64,000 nt of DNA, taken from assembly GCA_001179505.1 (NCBI GenBank), contig CDMY01000295.1, forward strand, positions 1 to 64,000, written 5' to 3'. The notes below the pieces were generated by a model. The model did no database searches. It was not told where the DNA came from and saw nothing but the letters and a program-made list of their open reading frames with translations. The position numbers and the translations under genes were made by a program. Of this stretch, positions 52,971 through 64,000 are shown piece by piece (position 1 is the stretch's first letter; every line of letters starts with the position of its first letter). The stretch comes from Vitrella brassicaformis CCMP3155 (taxonomy: Eukaryota; Protista; Chromerida).

Positions 52971-53406
52971 CACCGAAGAAGCCTCTCCGAGACCGCTCCC
53001 ACACGAGGGATCGGTCTGTGGTCGAGGAACTCTGCCTCGACTTCACCAGCAGCACCAGCTGCCTCTCCGCGGCTGACAAGGCTGTCTGGCGGTGTGGTAC
53101 TTTCGAAAGTGATGAGGGAAGCAGCGGCTGAGGTCCTGGGAAGCTCGATTGATGCTGTACATGACGCTGGGTGATAAGAAGGCGAACAATATACTCTCTT
53201 CTCTCTATATAGAGAATTGAGCCACTGGGGAGGCCGCGAGGCAGAGGGGAAAAGCGGAAAGGCTGAGAGGCGCCAAAATCTTTGCAAGCTTGTGGATTTT
53301 CTGCGAGCTGAAAACTGCGCGCTTACCGGTGAAGGTGGTGAGGGAAAGAAGCGGTGAAGGTGAATATTCAAAGGAGGGCTTGACCGTCCTCAGCCCAATC
53401 ATCAGC

Positions 53407-55010
53407 ATGAAGAGAGGCCTCCGACATCTCGGATCTCATGTCGGATCTGCGCTGTGGTCCACGCCACTCCAGGCGAGGACGGCCGCCAGCTCCCTCGTGA
53501 CCGCCGGCCACCGAAGATGCGTTTCCATGAGTCGAGATGACAGCCGGCAGACCAGGGACTTCAGCAGCAATGCCGCCATGGCCAACCCAGCTGCTGCTGC
53601 GACAGATCCGAGCTCAACACCTGACCACCCAGCGATGCCGGCGAGTACCTATGGCTACAGCGCTGAGCAGCCCGACAGCTTCCCCATGGACGCATACGAG
53701 CCCGACACCTCACCCCCGTCCCCTCCCCACAACGGGTGGTCGCCTACCTCGCAGAACGGGCTGGCAGAGGATTACCCGTACCAGCAAGATATGAGCCCCC
53801 CCGCTGCCACCTCTGCCGACTCCTTCCACGACTCCGACACGGCATTCCCCGAGTCACAGCCCTTCGACCCTTATGAGTACGACAAAACCGGGATGTTCCC
53901 GCAGTACCGGCCTGCAGCAGTTGATCCAGAGAAGCTGCGAGCACGGAAAGGCGCGTCAGAGGTCATGAGTCGGCTGGAGGAGGACGCGAGGGCTCTGGGC
54001 GATGACGCCGGGCCGGGCAGCGATGCGGCACAGGGGTTCCTGGAGCGGCTGCTGGAGGCGTATGACGGTCACGGTGAGGAGTTCCGTGTGGACGACTATG
54101 TGAGGATGCTGCGGCTGATGGTGAGGTTCTCGTATGGTGCTGAGAACAGGGACAGCCGGTTCAACCGGGCCATCGAGGACGCCATGCGGATCAACGACAT
54201 TGCCACCATGGAAGAGGTGACAAACAACTGAGCTGAGGGGCAGGGCAGGACAGGGCACCACAGGCAGCGCAGCAGAGAAATATAATGTCTATATGTGTCA
54301 CTCTCCCTGCCCGTGTATGTGTCTGTTTGTTTAGGGTGTTGCATTGATGGAGTCGTATTCGAGCCTCTCCCTCCGCACCCCCCTCCGCGGCACCGCAGGA
54401 GTGCTCATGCGGTACACACACACACACACACACACGCAATGCACGTAGCCATGGCCATTTCTTTCTGCGTCTGTCTGGTGTCATGTCAGGCACCTTGAGG
54501 GCCAGAGCCCCCCCAGCGAGGAGCAGCTGAGCCTGGCCATGCATGGGCTGCACCAGCTGGGCAAGGGCATGATATTCCACGGGGGCCTGTTCGACCTGGG
54601 GGCGCAGTACATTGAGCAGATGAGTGCCGCCAGCGCCAGTCTGTATGCCTATGAGGGCGGCAGGCATGGACTGAGGTGCAAACACCTCATGGGTGAGCGG
54701 AGCGACTCAAAGGGTAGATGGGATGGATAGGGTAGACAGAAAGATGGGATGGATGCTGATTGATTCGTGGCTCGCTGGTCTGGCTGGTGAGTTCAGATCA
54801 TGCGTTGCCATACGTGATAGCCAAGGTGCCGCAGATGACGCTCGACGAGGTCATGCAGGCCGCCCAGGGATTCATCCGCTTCTGCAGAGACTGGATGACC
54901 TTCTTCGAAACAGCACTGCCTATCGTCAACGAGCAGGTACGCTGCCCATCTACGTACCCATCCACCACACGACACACCGCCATGAATGCCTTCTTCGGCC
55001 TTTCTTCTGG

Positions 55011-55049
<39 letters not shown>

Positions 55050-57514
55050 TCAGCTGGGCGAGTTGTCGGTTCCGCAGCTGCAGCTGGTTCTGCGGTTCTG
55101 CAAGGAGTTCCGCGGGCACGAGGACTTCACGGCCCTGCAGGAGGCGGCTGCAATGCTGCTGTCCAGCCGCCACCTGGCCGACATGTCGCTGCAGGAGGCC
55201 GCCAGGTGCTGCACCTACCTCGAGTGGCACCCCAAGGCTCGCCCGGGGACACGCAAGCTCGTCATCGGCATACACGCCAAACTCATGGACAAAAAGGTCT
55301 GTCTGGTCAGGCACGAGGGAAGATGAGATGGACGGCGGCACAGGAAGGGTGTGGGTGTGGGTGTGTGGTGTGTAGGATGACCTGTCGTCGTTGAGTGTGC
55401 TGGATGCGGTGGATGTGCTGGATTGTTTCGGAACGTGGCTGCTGCGGTCGGTGCTGCACCAGAAACTGGGGGACATTCTGGTGGAGAGAATCGCCGAGGT
55501 CAGTGAGTGGCACCCACACACACATCAACCCAGCACACGATGAGTAGGTATCCTGTGTATATATGGGTGTGGGTGTGAGTGCAGGTGCGCTATTCGCCCA
55601 ACATCGGCCTGTGGCTGATAGCCCTCGACAACTTCGCCAAGGCCGACTGGTTCCACGGCGGATATGTCACCGAGGCAATCAGCATCGCAAGGGTGAGTCG
55701 AGTCATCTCTGCACACCCACATCCACACCCACAGTCCTCCCTCCAACACAACACACGGACCAAAGTGATGTCGTGTGGTGTGGTGTGTCGGTCTCGTCTA
55801 TCCATCTGTGTGTAGGACGGCTACATGTTGGACCGGCTGTCGTACTTCCAGCAGTGTCGCTTCATCAACTGCCTCGCCAGGCTCAACTACTATGAATACG
55901 ATGTCTACCAGGTCTGTTGCTGCACACACACATGCCATCCCTCTGTGGCAGGCACCTGCACACCTGGGTATGGTGTTGGTGTGTGCAGAGCATGTCGGAG
56001 CGGCTGATAGGCGACCTGCCTCTGCTCAAGACGGTGGGGGAGCTGTCAGCGGTGGTGTGGGCCTTCTCCAAGGCCAACCACGTCCACACGCCCTTCTTCG
56101 ACGCCGCCTACAGCAACCTCCTCAACATGATGCACCAGCAGTCCATGAGGATGGAAACGTACTGAGCTGACACACACACGCACCCACCCAACACACAGAA
56201 CGAACACGCTGGCTGGACTTGTTGACTCCTTGTGCGATTCCTTCCCTTCATTCAGCAACAGCACGGCCAACGCCTTGGTGAGCCTGGCGTGGAGCTTCAC
56301 CGTGGCTGGCTACCACACGACTGAGTACTTCTCGAGCATTCTCGACTACGCCTTCTACAACAAGTGAGGGAGCCCATCTCACCTCAGCTAGCTGACTTGA
56401 CGGGAAACACTGTCGCCATTGTGGGTGGTGGTGTGTGTTGTGTGGCGTCTGAAGGGATCCCCATGCAAAGATGGGCTTCAAGCGACTGCAGCAAGTCGCC
56501 GATGTCTGCCTACTTGAGGTGAGTGGATGGATGGATGTCCGCAGACACAGGCAGGCACACTTGGTGCGCGTGTGTGCACCAAATGCAGATCCCTGACGAG
56601 GTTGAGAAGTGTGAGTCCAGGGACATCATCAAAGCCATACACACGTCGCCACTCGTCAGACAACTCAGGTGGGTCGGTCGGTGGCGGTGGGTGGGTGCGA
56701 TCCATCCACAAATCCATCCATCAAGCCAAGCGACAGCAGCCAGTGTCCATCTCGATGTCTGTACTGCACCGCATTCGTTTCACTGCAGGGACATTCCTCT
56801 CAACATGAGGCAGGGCATGTCCGACAAGGCATACAAATACCGCGGCAAAGCCATCGAAGAAATATCAGGTACCCCTCCCCTCCCTCCCCCCACCGCCCCC
56901 CATGCATTGGATGCATCACCACATCACCCTCTCCATCCCTCCTTGGCTGCTCTGCTTGTAGCGTGTTTATCTGAGCTGGGCATCGCCCACCAGATCGGCC
57001 TGGAGCCCGACCCCTCCTGCCCATACCTCATCGACGTGGCCGTGACGGGCCACACACGGGCGGCGCTGATCGTGGCTGGGCTGGACAGGGCCATGCGCAC
57101 CGCTGATGTCGGCACAGAGGGACAGCCAGGTGAGAAGGAGTGTGAGGGGAATGACATGAGCCTTTCTGGACGACAGGAATTGCTGTCTTTGTGTGTGTGT
57201 GTGTGTGTGTTGACTGTGTCCCTCCTTGTGTCGTGGGCAGGGTTGTTCAACCACACTGACACAGGGCTGATCAACATGATGAGGCGCTCATTCCAGAGAC
57301 GAGGATGGACGGTCAAACAGACAACCACACACCCAGACAGACAACCACGAGGCCACACGCAGGCACAGCGACGGGTGGCTCTGTCTTGGTGCGTGCCGTG
57401 CAGGTTGGCGTGATAACTCAGACGCAGTGGCGCGGCAACAAGGCGGACCGCCGCGAGCAGCTGCTGGACATTCTCACCGACATGGGCGTTGAGGTGCCCT
57501 TCCTGCAGTACTGA
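53407..57514 (+). CDS. Organelle-targeted helical-repeat RNA-binding protein with a C-terminal RAP domain (FASTK/HPR-like); multi-exon
   Basis: Arg/Ser-rich N-terminal presequence MKRGLRHLGSH.... Helical repeats (LSAVVWAFSKANH, LVSLAWSFTVAGY). RAP-like end ELGIAHQ...PYLIDVA...MMRRSFQRRGWTVGVI...QW. Confidence 0.83.
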
Positions 57515-57971
57515 ATCGAGAACTGAGTGGGTGTGAGTGTGTGTGAGGGAGAGGGAGGGAGAGGCGGTAAGGCCTCACCTTGTTTGCTTTTAATATTGCA
57601 TCGACTGACTGCCTGTGTGTGTGTGCGTGTGGGCGAGGGCATGCAAGCCTGCATCAGCCCCGCCGCCCTGCTTTGTGACGTCGACACTCGGACACGATTG
57701 ACTGCAGTGAAAGAATCCATGCCTTCATTCATCGTGAATCGGTCAGCACAGCACGTGACGTCCTCGAGAGAAACAGACTACATCTCGCTGAACCAGTCTC
57801 TTCCATATAGTTAACTGACGTGCAGTGTGCATTGTCTGCAAAAAAGTCATTCATGCACACCGTCAATGCAGGATAAAAAGTCTGCGACTGACTCACTCGC
57901 AGGCCAGCCAGCCATACACACCCGTCTGATGCCGCCTGTCCCCCTCCTCCCCGGCCATTTCTCCGCCTCAC

Positions 57972-59807
57972 TCATTCAATGCCCAGCGGGACGAGCAGCC
58001 GTGTCCTGGACAGGCGCCCGAGCTGCTGCCACTCAAACTGGCAGTCGTCGTTACCGAGGTGCTCGTTGAAGCCCTTCTGGACGCCCTCCACGCCGTGATG
58101 GGCCGCCTCGTCCATTCGAGCCTTGTGAACCACCTCACGCACACCGAGCTGCCGGGGCCGCACCCCACTGCCACGAATGGCGAAGCACTGCAGCGGCGGC
58201 ACGGTCACCTTGACGCTTTTGTTGCCCTGCTGCTCATATCTCGTCCCGCCCACCACCTCCCTGTTGCTGCTCGTCTGTGTGGCCGCCGATTTGACAAAGT
58301 GGTCGACAGCCGCCTTGACGCGACGTCTCAGCTGGGTGTCGCCGATGAGGTACTCGTCAGTGGCAGCGGGAGCAGCCGATGGCTCGTACAGGAAGGCCCC
58401 GATCTTCCATGCGATGCCCTCGGCCTCGTGTGGTCCGAATGCCATGTTGGATGGGGAGGGATGGGGGTGGGCGCCGTCGTGGTGGGGGGCCAGGGGCAGC
58501 AGACGGGCGAGGAGCATCGAGTAGTCGCGCTGGGGGGCGAGGGCGGCGTTGATGGCCGACATGGTGGCATTGGGCAGCTCGCTGAGCACCGTGCCGTACT
58601 CAGCCAGCACCAGCTGACGCTGACGGCGCTGCCTCTCGTTTGCCGTGGGCAGGCGAGTGATGTCTGCGCCGGTCCGCAGCAGCGTCCGGATGGTGGCCTT
58701 GATACTGGGAATGAAGGTTGCTTGATCCCGCTCTCGAGTTTCTCGGTCCAGTTCTTCGTCGTGCAGCCCCTCCACCGTGACGTGCTGCACCAGGCTCCGA
58801 CTGGCCGTGTCGACCCGATCGGCAGCCATGGCGAGGGGCGTCGCGTCGGGCCAAAGGGCTTGAGGGTGAGCTGGTGTCCGTATGTCGATGTCGCCGGCTG
58901 GGAGGCGGCGGCAGAGATAGTCAGCCGAGCAAGGCGACCCCATGAACACTGCGTCGTGCAGTAGCGTCCATTCGATGTTGCGAGTGACCCTGATGCTCGC
59001 CCCGTTCTCGACGACAAGGTCTAGGTAAGCGTCGATGAAGCCTTGAGAGAAGCATCCTCGCTCCTCCATGGCCGCCCGCTGCACCAGGTTGCCGCCCAGT
59101 GCTTGGTCCTCCTCCGTCGCCAGAGTGCTGTCCTGCTGAATGAGGCGCCGATACATGGCCAGCAGGGAGTGCTCGTAGTCAGAGGGAGCGCTTTTGCCGA
59201 ACCAGTCTGAGCGAGGCAGCTCCACCACCATCATGTCTTGCAGGTTGGCCTGATGCTGCATCAGCAGGTCAAATGCCGCCTCGTTGCCGGCCAAGATCGC
59301 CACACGGATGGGCATCGTCGGCTGGTCGTCATCCGAGTACCCCACGTTGACGTCTGCGCCTCCATCGAGCAGTGCGGTCATGATGTCACGCTCGAGCTGC
59401 GGCGACGACCACTGCGGAAGGACAACCGGACGTTCGAGCATAACTCCGTCCTCCTCGTCGAACATCATCCCGCCTTCCTCGTCGTCTTCATCTTCGATGG
59501 GTCGCGGTGCCCAGACCGATCCCCAGATGGATGGCATGCAGCTGCCACTCTTGTTGTCGATGACAAGGGAGAGCAGCGGGTAAAAGATGTGCTCCCGGTC
59601 CTCCGGGTTAGGGTCCTCCACTGAGCGCCGTAGCCGAAATGAGGACTGGACGCCCGGATCTGCTCCCCGCTGGATGAGCTCCGTCACCTCCTCAGGGCTG
59701 TTGAAAGTGCGGCGGATGACGCCTTGGGCCAGCTGTCGGCTGAAATCACCGTATACGAGCTCGTCATCGAACTCGATGTCGACTTCATCCAGCTGCCTCC
59801 AGGCCAT
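57972..59807 (-). CDS. Ankyrin-repeat protein of the lineage-expanded family (copy 2), with an intronless 611-aa CDS
   Basis: LIQRGADP, LLDGGADVN, TLLHDAV, TPLAMAA. The C-terminal block is nearly identical to 183..2089. Confidence 0.85.
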   Translation of the reverse strand: MAWRQLDEVDIEFDDELVYGDFSRQLAQGVIRRTFNSPEEVTELIQRGADPGVQSSFRLRRSVEDPNPEDREHIFYPLLSLVIDNKSGSCMPSIWGSVWAPRPIEDEDDEEGGMMFDEEDGVMLERPVVLPQWSSPQLERDIMTALLDGGADVNVGYSDDDQPTMPIRVAILAGNEAAFDLLMQHQANLQDMMVVELPRSDWFGKSAPSDYEHSLLAMYRRLIQQDSTLATEEDQALGGNLVQRAAMEERGCFSQGFIDAYLDLVVENGASIRVTRNIEWTLLHDAVFMGSPCSADYLCRRLPAGDIDIRTPAHPQALWPDATPLAMAADRVDTASRSLVQHVTVEGLHDEELDRETRERDQATFIPSIKATIRTLLRTGADITRLPTANERQRRQRQLVLAEYGTVLSELPNATMSAINAALAPQRDYSMLLARLLPLAPHHDGAHPHPSPSNMAFGPHEAEGIAWKIGAFLYEPSAAPAATDEYLIGDTQLRRRVKAAVDHFVKSAATQTSSNREVVGGTRYEQQGNKSVKVTVPPLQCFAIRGSGVRPRQLGVREVVHKARMDEAAHHGVEGVQKGFNEHLGNDDCQFEWQQLGRLSRTRLLVPLGIE

Positions 59808-59906
59808 TCCTGCAGATGGATGTGAGGAACCAAAATCATGACATGCTCATTCTTGACGCGTGCCTTGCTCTCTGCTCATCTCACCTGAGTGATCTCCCTC
59901 TCTCTC

Positions 59907-60146
59907 TCAGGCGCTGTCGGGGTCGAATCGTCTGATGTCGGTCATGATGCCGGCGTCGTACTGGCAGTCGAGGTACTTGACGTTGTAGAAGGTGGCCGAG
60001 AGGACCGCCAGCCGGTCCTTCTCGCGGATCTCCTTGATGGCCGCCTGCAGGAACCGGAGCCGCTTCTGCCACTGCTTGGTGCTCTCCCACTCGCTACGCT
60101 GACCCAACGTCGAAAACACCTCCGCCTCAAAACTTGTCGATGTCAT
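59907..60146 (-). CDS. Stand-alone XRN2-binding-domain (XTBD) microprotein, 79 aa
   Basis: RSEWESTKQWQKRLRFL...DRLAVLSATFYNVKYLDCQYDAGIM fits the XTBD pattern R..xES..QW..R..FL...DRL..LS..F.N..xL.C.Y of PAXT-1, CDKN2AIP and NKRF. Confidence 0.85.
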   Translation of the reverse strand: MTSTSFEAEVFSTLGQRSEWESTKQWQKRLRFLQAAIKEIREKDRLAVLSATFYNVKYLDCQYDAGIMTDIRRFDPDSA

Positions 60147-60440
60147 TTCCTTCGCTTGTTGCCTTCATGTTGGACTCATTCTGATCTCCCCTTTTCCTCT
60201 CTCTCCTTTCCTTCGACTGCGAGCTTTTGAACTTGGAGGTCTGCAAGCTTAGCCTCGCAAGAAGGAGGACGCCCGACAGGCTCTCGCTCTCGCCGCTATG
60301 ACCTGCAGGAGGCGACTCTCACCGCATCACTTGCGAAAACGGCAGTGATGCATGTGCCCGGCACACTTTACTTCTTGCTCCCATCCCCTGCCAGCCTCGT
60401 CGTCCTCCCTGCCATCCGCCGCTCTCTCGAGGCACTCGTG

Positions 60441-61200
60441 ATGCGAATCATGCAGTCCTTCACGGACAGCCAAGTGCGGGACGAGCACTACGACAAGATA
60501 GGTGATGCTGATGCCGCTGATGCTGATGGCGTGTCGTTGCCGTGCTCCCATCCTCTGCTAGGCAGCGAGTGTCACGTGGTGCTCAGCTTCCTGCCGACCG
60601 TTGAGGTCCTCCGCATGGCGCCGACCTGCAGGGATCTCTACTCCAAGTGCAGAGGGAGCGAAGCGGCGCCCTCGCATACACACCTCACCATGACGGTACG
60701 TGCACACGGGGGAGGCGTGGGCCACCTGGTGGTGTCTGATTGCCTCTCTCTGCATGCAGGAGCCGTGCTGGCGCAAGGCGGATCTGTCGAGCCAGCTGCC
60801 GCTGATCCGGTGTCTGCGGCACCTGCGAAGCGCCCGGCTGTCCACCACTGCAGTGCCGTGCCCTGATGACCTGCGGCGTGTCACTGAGGCCATCACACCC
60901 TCCCCAGCCGCCGCCGTTTCCCTCGAGCTCATATGCGACAAACGATTCGCCTTCCGGTTCGTCACCGAGCCCGTCAGCCTGTCACCGTCAGTGCGGCGAT
61001 TGCGTCTGGTGCTGTACGGCTGCACTCATACGCCTGGGAGGTTTTTGCCGGCGTTGCTGGAGAGCACCTACCCCTCTCTGGCTGAGATTGACATCCAGAC
61101 GGATAGCCTTTGCCTCACTGACAGCCTTGTGGATGGACATGTGGCGAGTGAAGAGCCCCTGTCGCCGTGTCGAAGGGACCAGTGGTTCGATGTCCGATGA
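60441..61200 (+). CDS. F-box-like plus LRR-like hypothetical protein; 2 exons, intron about 60696-60759
   Basis: CHVVLSFLPTVEVLRMAPTCRDL is an F-box-like helix pattern, followed by LRHLRSARL, VRRLRLVL and YPSLAEIDI. Confidence 0.55.
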
Positions 61201-61906
61201 GCCACTCGATCATACGGCTGAACTCGTGAGAGGCAGACAGAGAGGAGGGGTTCACTGACCATTCATCAGTGAGTTTGTTGCTGCTTTTGTGCCCGTGCCC
61301 CTGTGTGGTTTTTGAGAGAGAAGGGGAGAGGGGGGGTGAACGCATCAATCAATGCCCTTTCTAATTTATGAGTAGGTTTGTTAGTGTTCGTGCCCACATG
61401 GCCCGGCCCTTTATGCAGGCAGTCATCCGTTCGTGTGTGCGTGGCGACTTGGGTGTGATGCTGCAGAGAGGTGTGTGTGTGTGTGTGTTGAGAACCAAAT
61501 AGATGAGAGTGTTGCACTGTTCAACGAGAGGTCTCCCCTCCCTGCGTTCCTCCGTCACGTAATGAACATACACACAATAATACTTGCGAATGAGTCAGAT
61601 TGTCGATAAAGCCTACTCACACACACACATCCACGCGCAGGCACACAGACAAGCTCACGCACAGTCGCCTGCCGCCATCCATTCGCACACAGCGTGACAA
61701 TGCACGCGAACAGGCTCAGCCAATGCAACGCAGCCGAACACAACACTAGCACACGCGCGACAGATGCATCCGGCTGAGTGGACTGGATGGCTGGATGGCT
61801 ATACAAGTATATATCGCCACGCTACGTAGACTAGCTCAGCTGAGGAGACGCCCGCAATCCAACCGCAGGCCGACACGACACACCACCAGCCTCTGAGCAA
61901 ACCACA

Positions 61907-64000
61907 TCATGAGTGAGCATTCCCATCGCACCACGCGAGCCCGTCGTCACCCCGTGTGAGCTGCTTACACGGGATGACGATGGGCGCATTGGCAGCTGGA
62001 CCAGCTGCTGCAGGTCCAGGTCCGCCGTCAGCCGCCGCCGCTGCAGGTGCCGCCCGGTCCCTCTCGCCCTCCTCCATCTCGACCCCCCACACCTCCACTA
62101 ATTTGGGCGACAGTAGGGGGTTGCCGCCACGCTCCGTCTGGCGCTGCACGTTGAAGCCCATCAGGTACTGACGACACACACAACACACGCAGCGGTTCGT
62201 GAGAGAGTGAGGGAGGTCTGTGTGTGTGTGTGTGTGAATGTGGGATGCACCTCTCCCGCCGCTGCCTCGGAAGGCGCCGCCTGGTTGGCCGTGGGCTTGA
62301 CGGCCCGGTCGCCGGCCTCATAGAGGTCCAGGGAGCGGACGTCGGGGGGCGTCCCACGAGGCTGGCCTTGACGCCACCCCTGACACACACACACTCTTCT
62401 CTCCCCTTTCTGAGTGTGTGTGTGTGTGTGTGTGGTTGCATTGCACTCCTGACGTGGCAGCTGAACTTGAGCCTTGGGATGTTGAACCCCTTGGTCTTGT
62501 GGATCGTGATGTTGACTGTCTCCTCGTGGGTCCGCATCAGGACCCACTGGTCGACGCCCATCCCCAGGCTGTCGGCTGTGAAGTGGAACCCCGCATTCGG
62601 GCCGCCGACGTTGACGCCACCCTGCCGCGTGAAGTGCTCCCGCAAGCCAAACTCACGGCGGATCAGGACGCCCTGGAGCGATGGGGAGTCGCTGGGCCGC
62701 CAGAGGAGCAGCCGGGCAGAGTGGGGGGCGGGGAGGGGGGGGCTGACTGTGATGGCTGGGGCGTTGGGGTCGACGGTGGTCTGGCCTGCATACGGATGGA
62801 TGGATGGATGTGTGTGTGTGTGTGTGTCTGTCGCGTGTGTGTTGGGGAGGGGGCGTCTTACTGGCAGAGGTGGCTTTGGAGGCTTTGTCTCCGTCTCTGA
62901 TCCTGCGGTAGGACGCACCACCACGGAAGGCGCTCAGCAGGTTGCCGACGCTCTCACGGTGCCACGCGCGCCTGAGCCCACCACACCAACACGGCAATGT
63001 GGCTACCTGTTGGTGTGTGGCGTGTGAAGGGTTTTCTCACTTACTTGTAGAGGCATCTCATTTCCCGAATAGTGCACTTGGTCGAGTCCTCGATGGTCGT
63101 GACCTGCAGACAGACAGACAGTCCACAACACATACATACCAACAAATGCCGATTTCCTCCCTCTGTGTGGTGTGGTGTGGTGTGGTGTGGTGTCCTCCTC
63201 CTCTCTGTGTTTCTTACCACTTGCGTGAAGAGGTCTCGTTTGCCCAGCATGCCGTGGTGCTCGCCTCTGGTCATGTGGAAGGGCGCCACCTTCTGAACCC
63301 GCGACGTTATGCTGTACATGTCCAGACACATCTGCACCTGCACACATACATTCCGACACGCAGATAGACAGGCATCTCACAGGCAGGTGTAGGGGTGTGT
63401 GTGTGTGTGTGTGCTAAGTGGATCCTCACCTCTCGCTTGACGGCTTCGGCAGATGATGGCAGAAAGAGCGTGGCAGTGGGGTCGTATCTATTGCGGCGGC
63501 AGAAGTCCAGCACGTACGAGAACACGTGCGGCGCCACGTTGTCGATGTACCTCAACGCATACCTAACACACACACCACCACACCACCACGACGCTCAAAG
63601 CATCGCTTCCGCCTCCCCGTCTCCCCATGGCAAGTATGCTCACTTGTCGAACCGATTGTAGATTGCCGACTCCTCCCCACAGGCGATCAGGGTGGAGAGG
63701 CACGTGGCGAAGGGCCGGCCCACGACCACCAGCTTCAGCACCTCGTCCTCCCTCTCGCCCTCGCGCAAAGCCACCTTCTGCTGGAAGTACGGCTCCATCG
63801 CCTTCAGGGCGGCCTTCCACCGCTTCTTGAGCTCCGTCGCCTCCGCGATGGCCACGTCCAGCTGCGTCAGGCGGCTCTCTACAGTGCTCCTGATCTCCTG
63901 CACGCACCCACCACACACAAGCAAGGAAAGAGAGAGGTGTGAAGTGGTGTTTCGTGTGGTGTGGTTTAGGCGGCCACCTGTAGCTGTGCGAAGGCGTTGC
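61907..64000 (-). CDS. Coiled-coil, BTB/POZ (KCTD-type) and degenerate TLDc-like protein; the 5' end lies beyond the window
   Basis: VLKLVVVGRPFATCLSTL...SAIYNRF...YIDNVAPHVFSYVLDFCR (BTB). Later GFHFTADSLG...WVLMRT and LVEVWGV resemble TLDc motifs. Stop at 61907. Confidence 0.72.

Noticed and set aside
61587-61620. Short matches (CGAATGAGTCA, AGCCTACTCAC) to repeats A and B
   Set aside because: Only 11-bp matches, in a different order, which is compatible with chance in low-complexity UTR sequence.

Overview
Gene-dense, GC-rich eukaryotic nuclear DNA. Most genes are split by many short GT-AG introns filled with (CA)n, (GACA)n and (CCAT)n microsatellites. The host is most likely a photosynthetic alveolate with a complex plastid, best matching the chromerid Vitrella brassicaformis (inference). 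The evidence is a thylakoid-lumen protein with a signal peptide, an ASAF motif and a twin-Arg presequence, plus a RAP-domain protein and lineage-expanded ankyrin, F-box-like and BTB families. I reconstructed about 20 genes by hand-splicing, so exon boundaries are approximate except where stated. Conserved genes are katanin p60, Maf1, thylakoid lumenal 15 kDa protein 2, a YjjX-type ITPase/XTPase and a RAP protein. The most interesting items are: (1) an NLS-bearing Crinkler/RHS-type P-loop NTPase plus restriction-endonuclease-fold gene (45637-47965) bracketed by direct repeats, resembling a selfish or mobile unit; (2) a contiguous signalling cluster made of a short Cys-tagged LOV photoreceptor, a tandem-GAF protein with no catalytic domain, and a giant LRR / Cys-rich / multipass TRP-like receptor; (3) a 79-aa stand-alone XRN2-binding-domain (XTBD) ORF that is in frame, across a predicted intron and a single TGA, with a downstream ankyrin gene; (4) two bacterial-type 'DEG' subtilase/S53-like peptidase paralogues; (5) a 12-bp perfect hairpin built from TTTAGGG telomeric units. 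I found no rRNA, tRNA or CRISPR array. All family assignments come from motif recognition and memory; no database search was run.
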